This document shows positions 63,569 through 64,000 of a stretch of DNA of 64,000 nt, one piece after another. The stretch comes from Escherichia phage P896. Under the pieces are notes generated by a model, which was not told where the DNA came from, ran no database searches, and was given only the letters and a program-made list of their open reading frames with translations. A program made the translations under genes and the position numbers. The DNA is taken from sequence record OL451225.1; one strand, given 5' to 3'. The stretch's first letter is position 1, and each line of letters starts with the position of its first letter.

Positions 63569-64000
63569 TTAATAAAATTCGGCAATGTTTGCAGTTAGTT
63601 TAGACAGACCAGACTTAACAAAGTAAGGATAAACTTTACTTTTGGCTGGGATAACGTAGTTATTATATCGTTCTAAGATTGAAGCGGATATTTCCGTTGG
63701 GATAAAGTCCATATCAATCAGCAATTGGTTTTCACAGAATCTATTATATTGCTCTTCTGTTAAAAGCGTTTTCAGCACGTCATGGTCGTAATAGTTGAGC
63801 GCAATTTGTTCAAGTTCAGCAGCGCGGGTCGGTGGAGTGCGTTCACCTTCTTCGTGAGTGTAATAAAAATCACCACGAACCTTGATGCTTGACACGTTAT
63901 CTTTTTTGTCACCTTTAACAACCTTTGTCACGCAATCCATAAGGGCATCGCCTGATTTAGTTTTGACATATTTTTTCTGCATCGGGGACCATTGTTTCAC
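63569..64000 (-). CDS. rnh: RNase H / 5'-3' exonuclease, C-terminal part (5' end outside window)
   Basis: 143-aa C-terminal fragment running to the window edge; position upstream of dsbA as in T4. Confidence 0.7.
   Translation of the reverse strand: MKQWSPMQKKYVKTKSGDALMDCVTKVVKGDKKDNVSSIKVRGDFYYTHEEGERTPPTRAAELEQIALNYYDHDVLKTLLTEEQYNRFCENQLLIDMDFIPTEISASILERYNNYVIPAKSKVYPYFVKSGLSKLTANIAEFY

Overview
This window is a contiguous segment of a T4-like (Tevenvirinae-type) myovirus genome. Genes were assigned by reading the translated ORFs against remembered T4 proteins and catalytic motifs, and by T4 gene order; no database search was run, so all identities are recognition-based. The plus strand carries the late morphogenesis block: 9 (C-terminal fragment), 10, 11, 12, wac, 13, 14, 15, 16, 17, 18, 19, 20, 67, 68, 21, 22, 23, 24 plus a second 24-like gene, then uvsW/uvsW.1 and the baseplate hub genes 51, 27, 28, 29, 48, 54. 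The minus strand carries early/middle genes in T4 order: rnlB, hoc, inh, uvsY, 25, 26, two tandem alt-family genes, 30 (DNA ligase), 30.x-like small genes, rIII, 31, cd, a Seg-like GIY-YIG homing endonuclease, pseT, a separated spanin pair, alc, rnlA, denA, nrdB, nrdA, td, frd, 32, 59, 33, dsbA and the 3' part of rnh. Regulatory signals are T4-like: TATAAATA late promoters, MotA-box middle promoters, GTTTAC/GTGTAC-18 bp-(C/T)ATAAT early promoters, and GC-hairpin plus T-tract terminators. No tRNA, rRNA, CRISPR array or group I intron was seen. The points most worth a second look are the repeated early promoter/5'UTR cassettes, the orphan early gene between 23 and 24, the tandem 24 and alt paralogs, a NADAR/YbiA-like protein, a partial alc duplicate, and the homing endonuclease whose late promoter and ribosome-binding site sit inside one hairpin.
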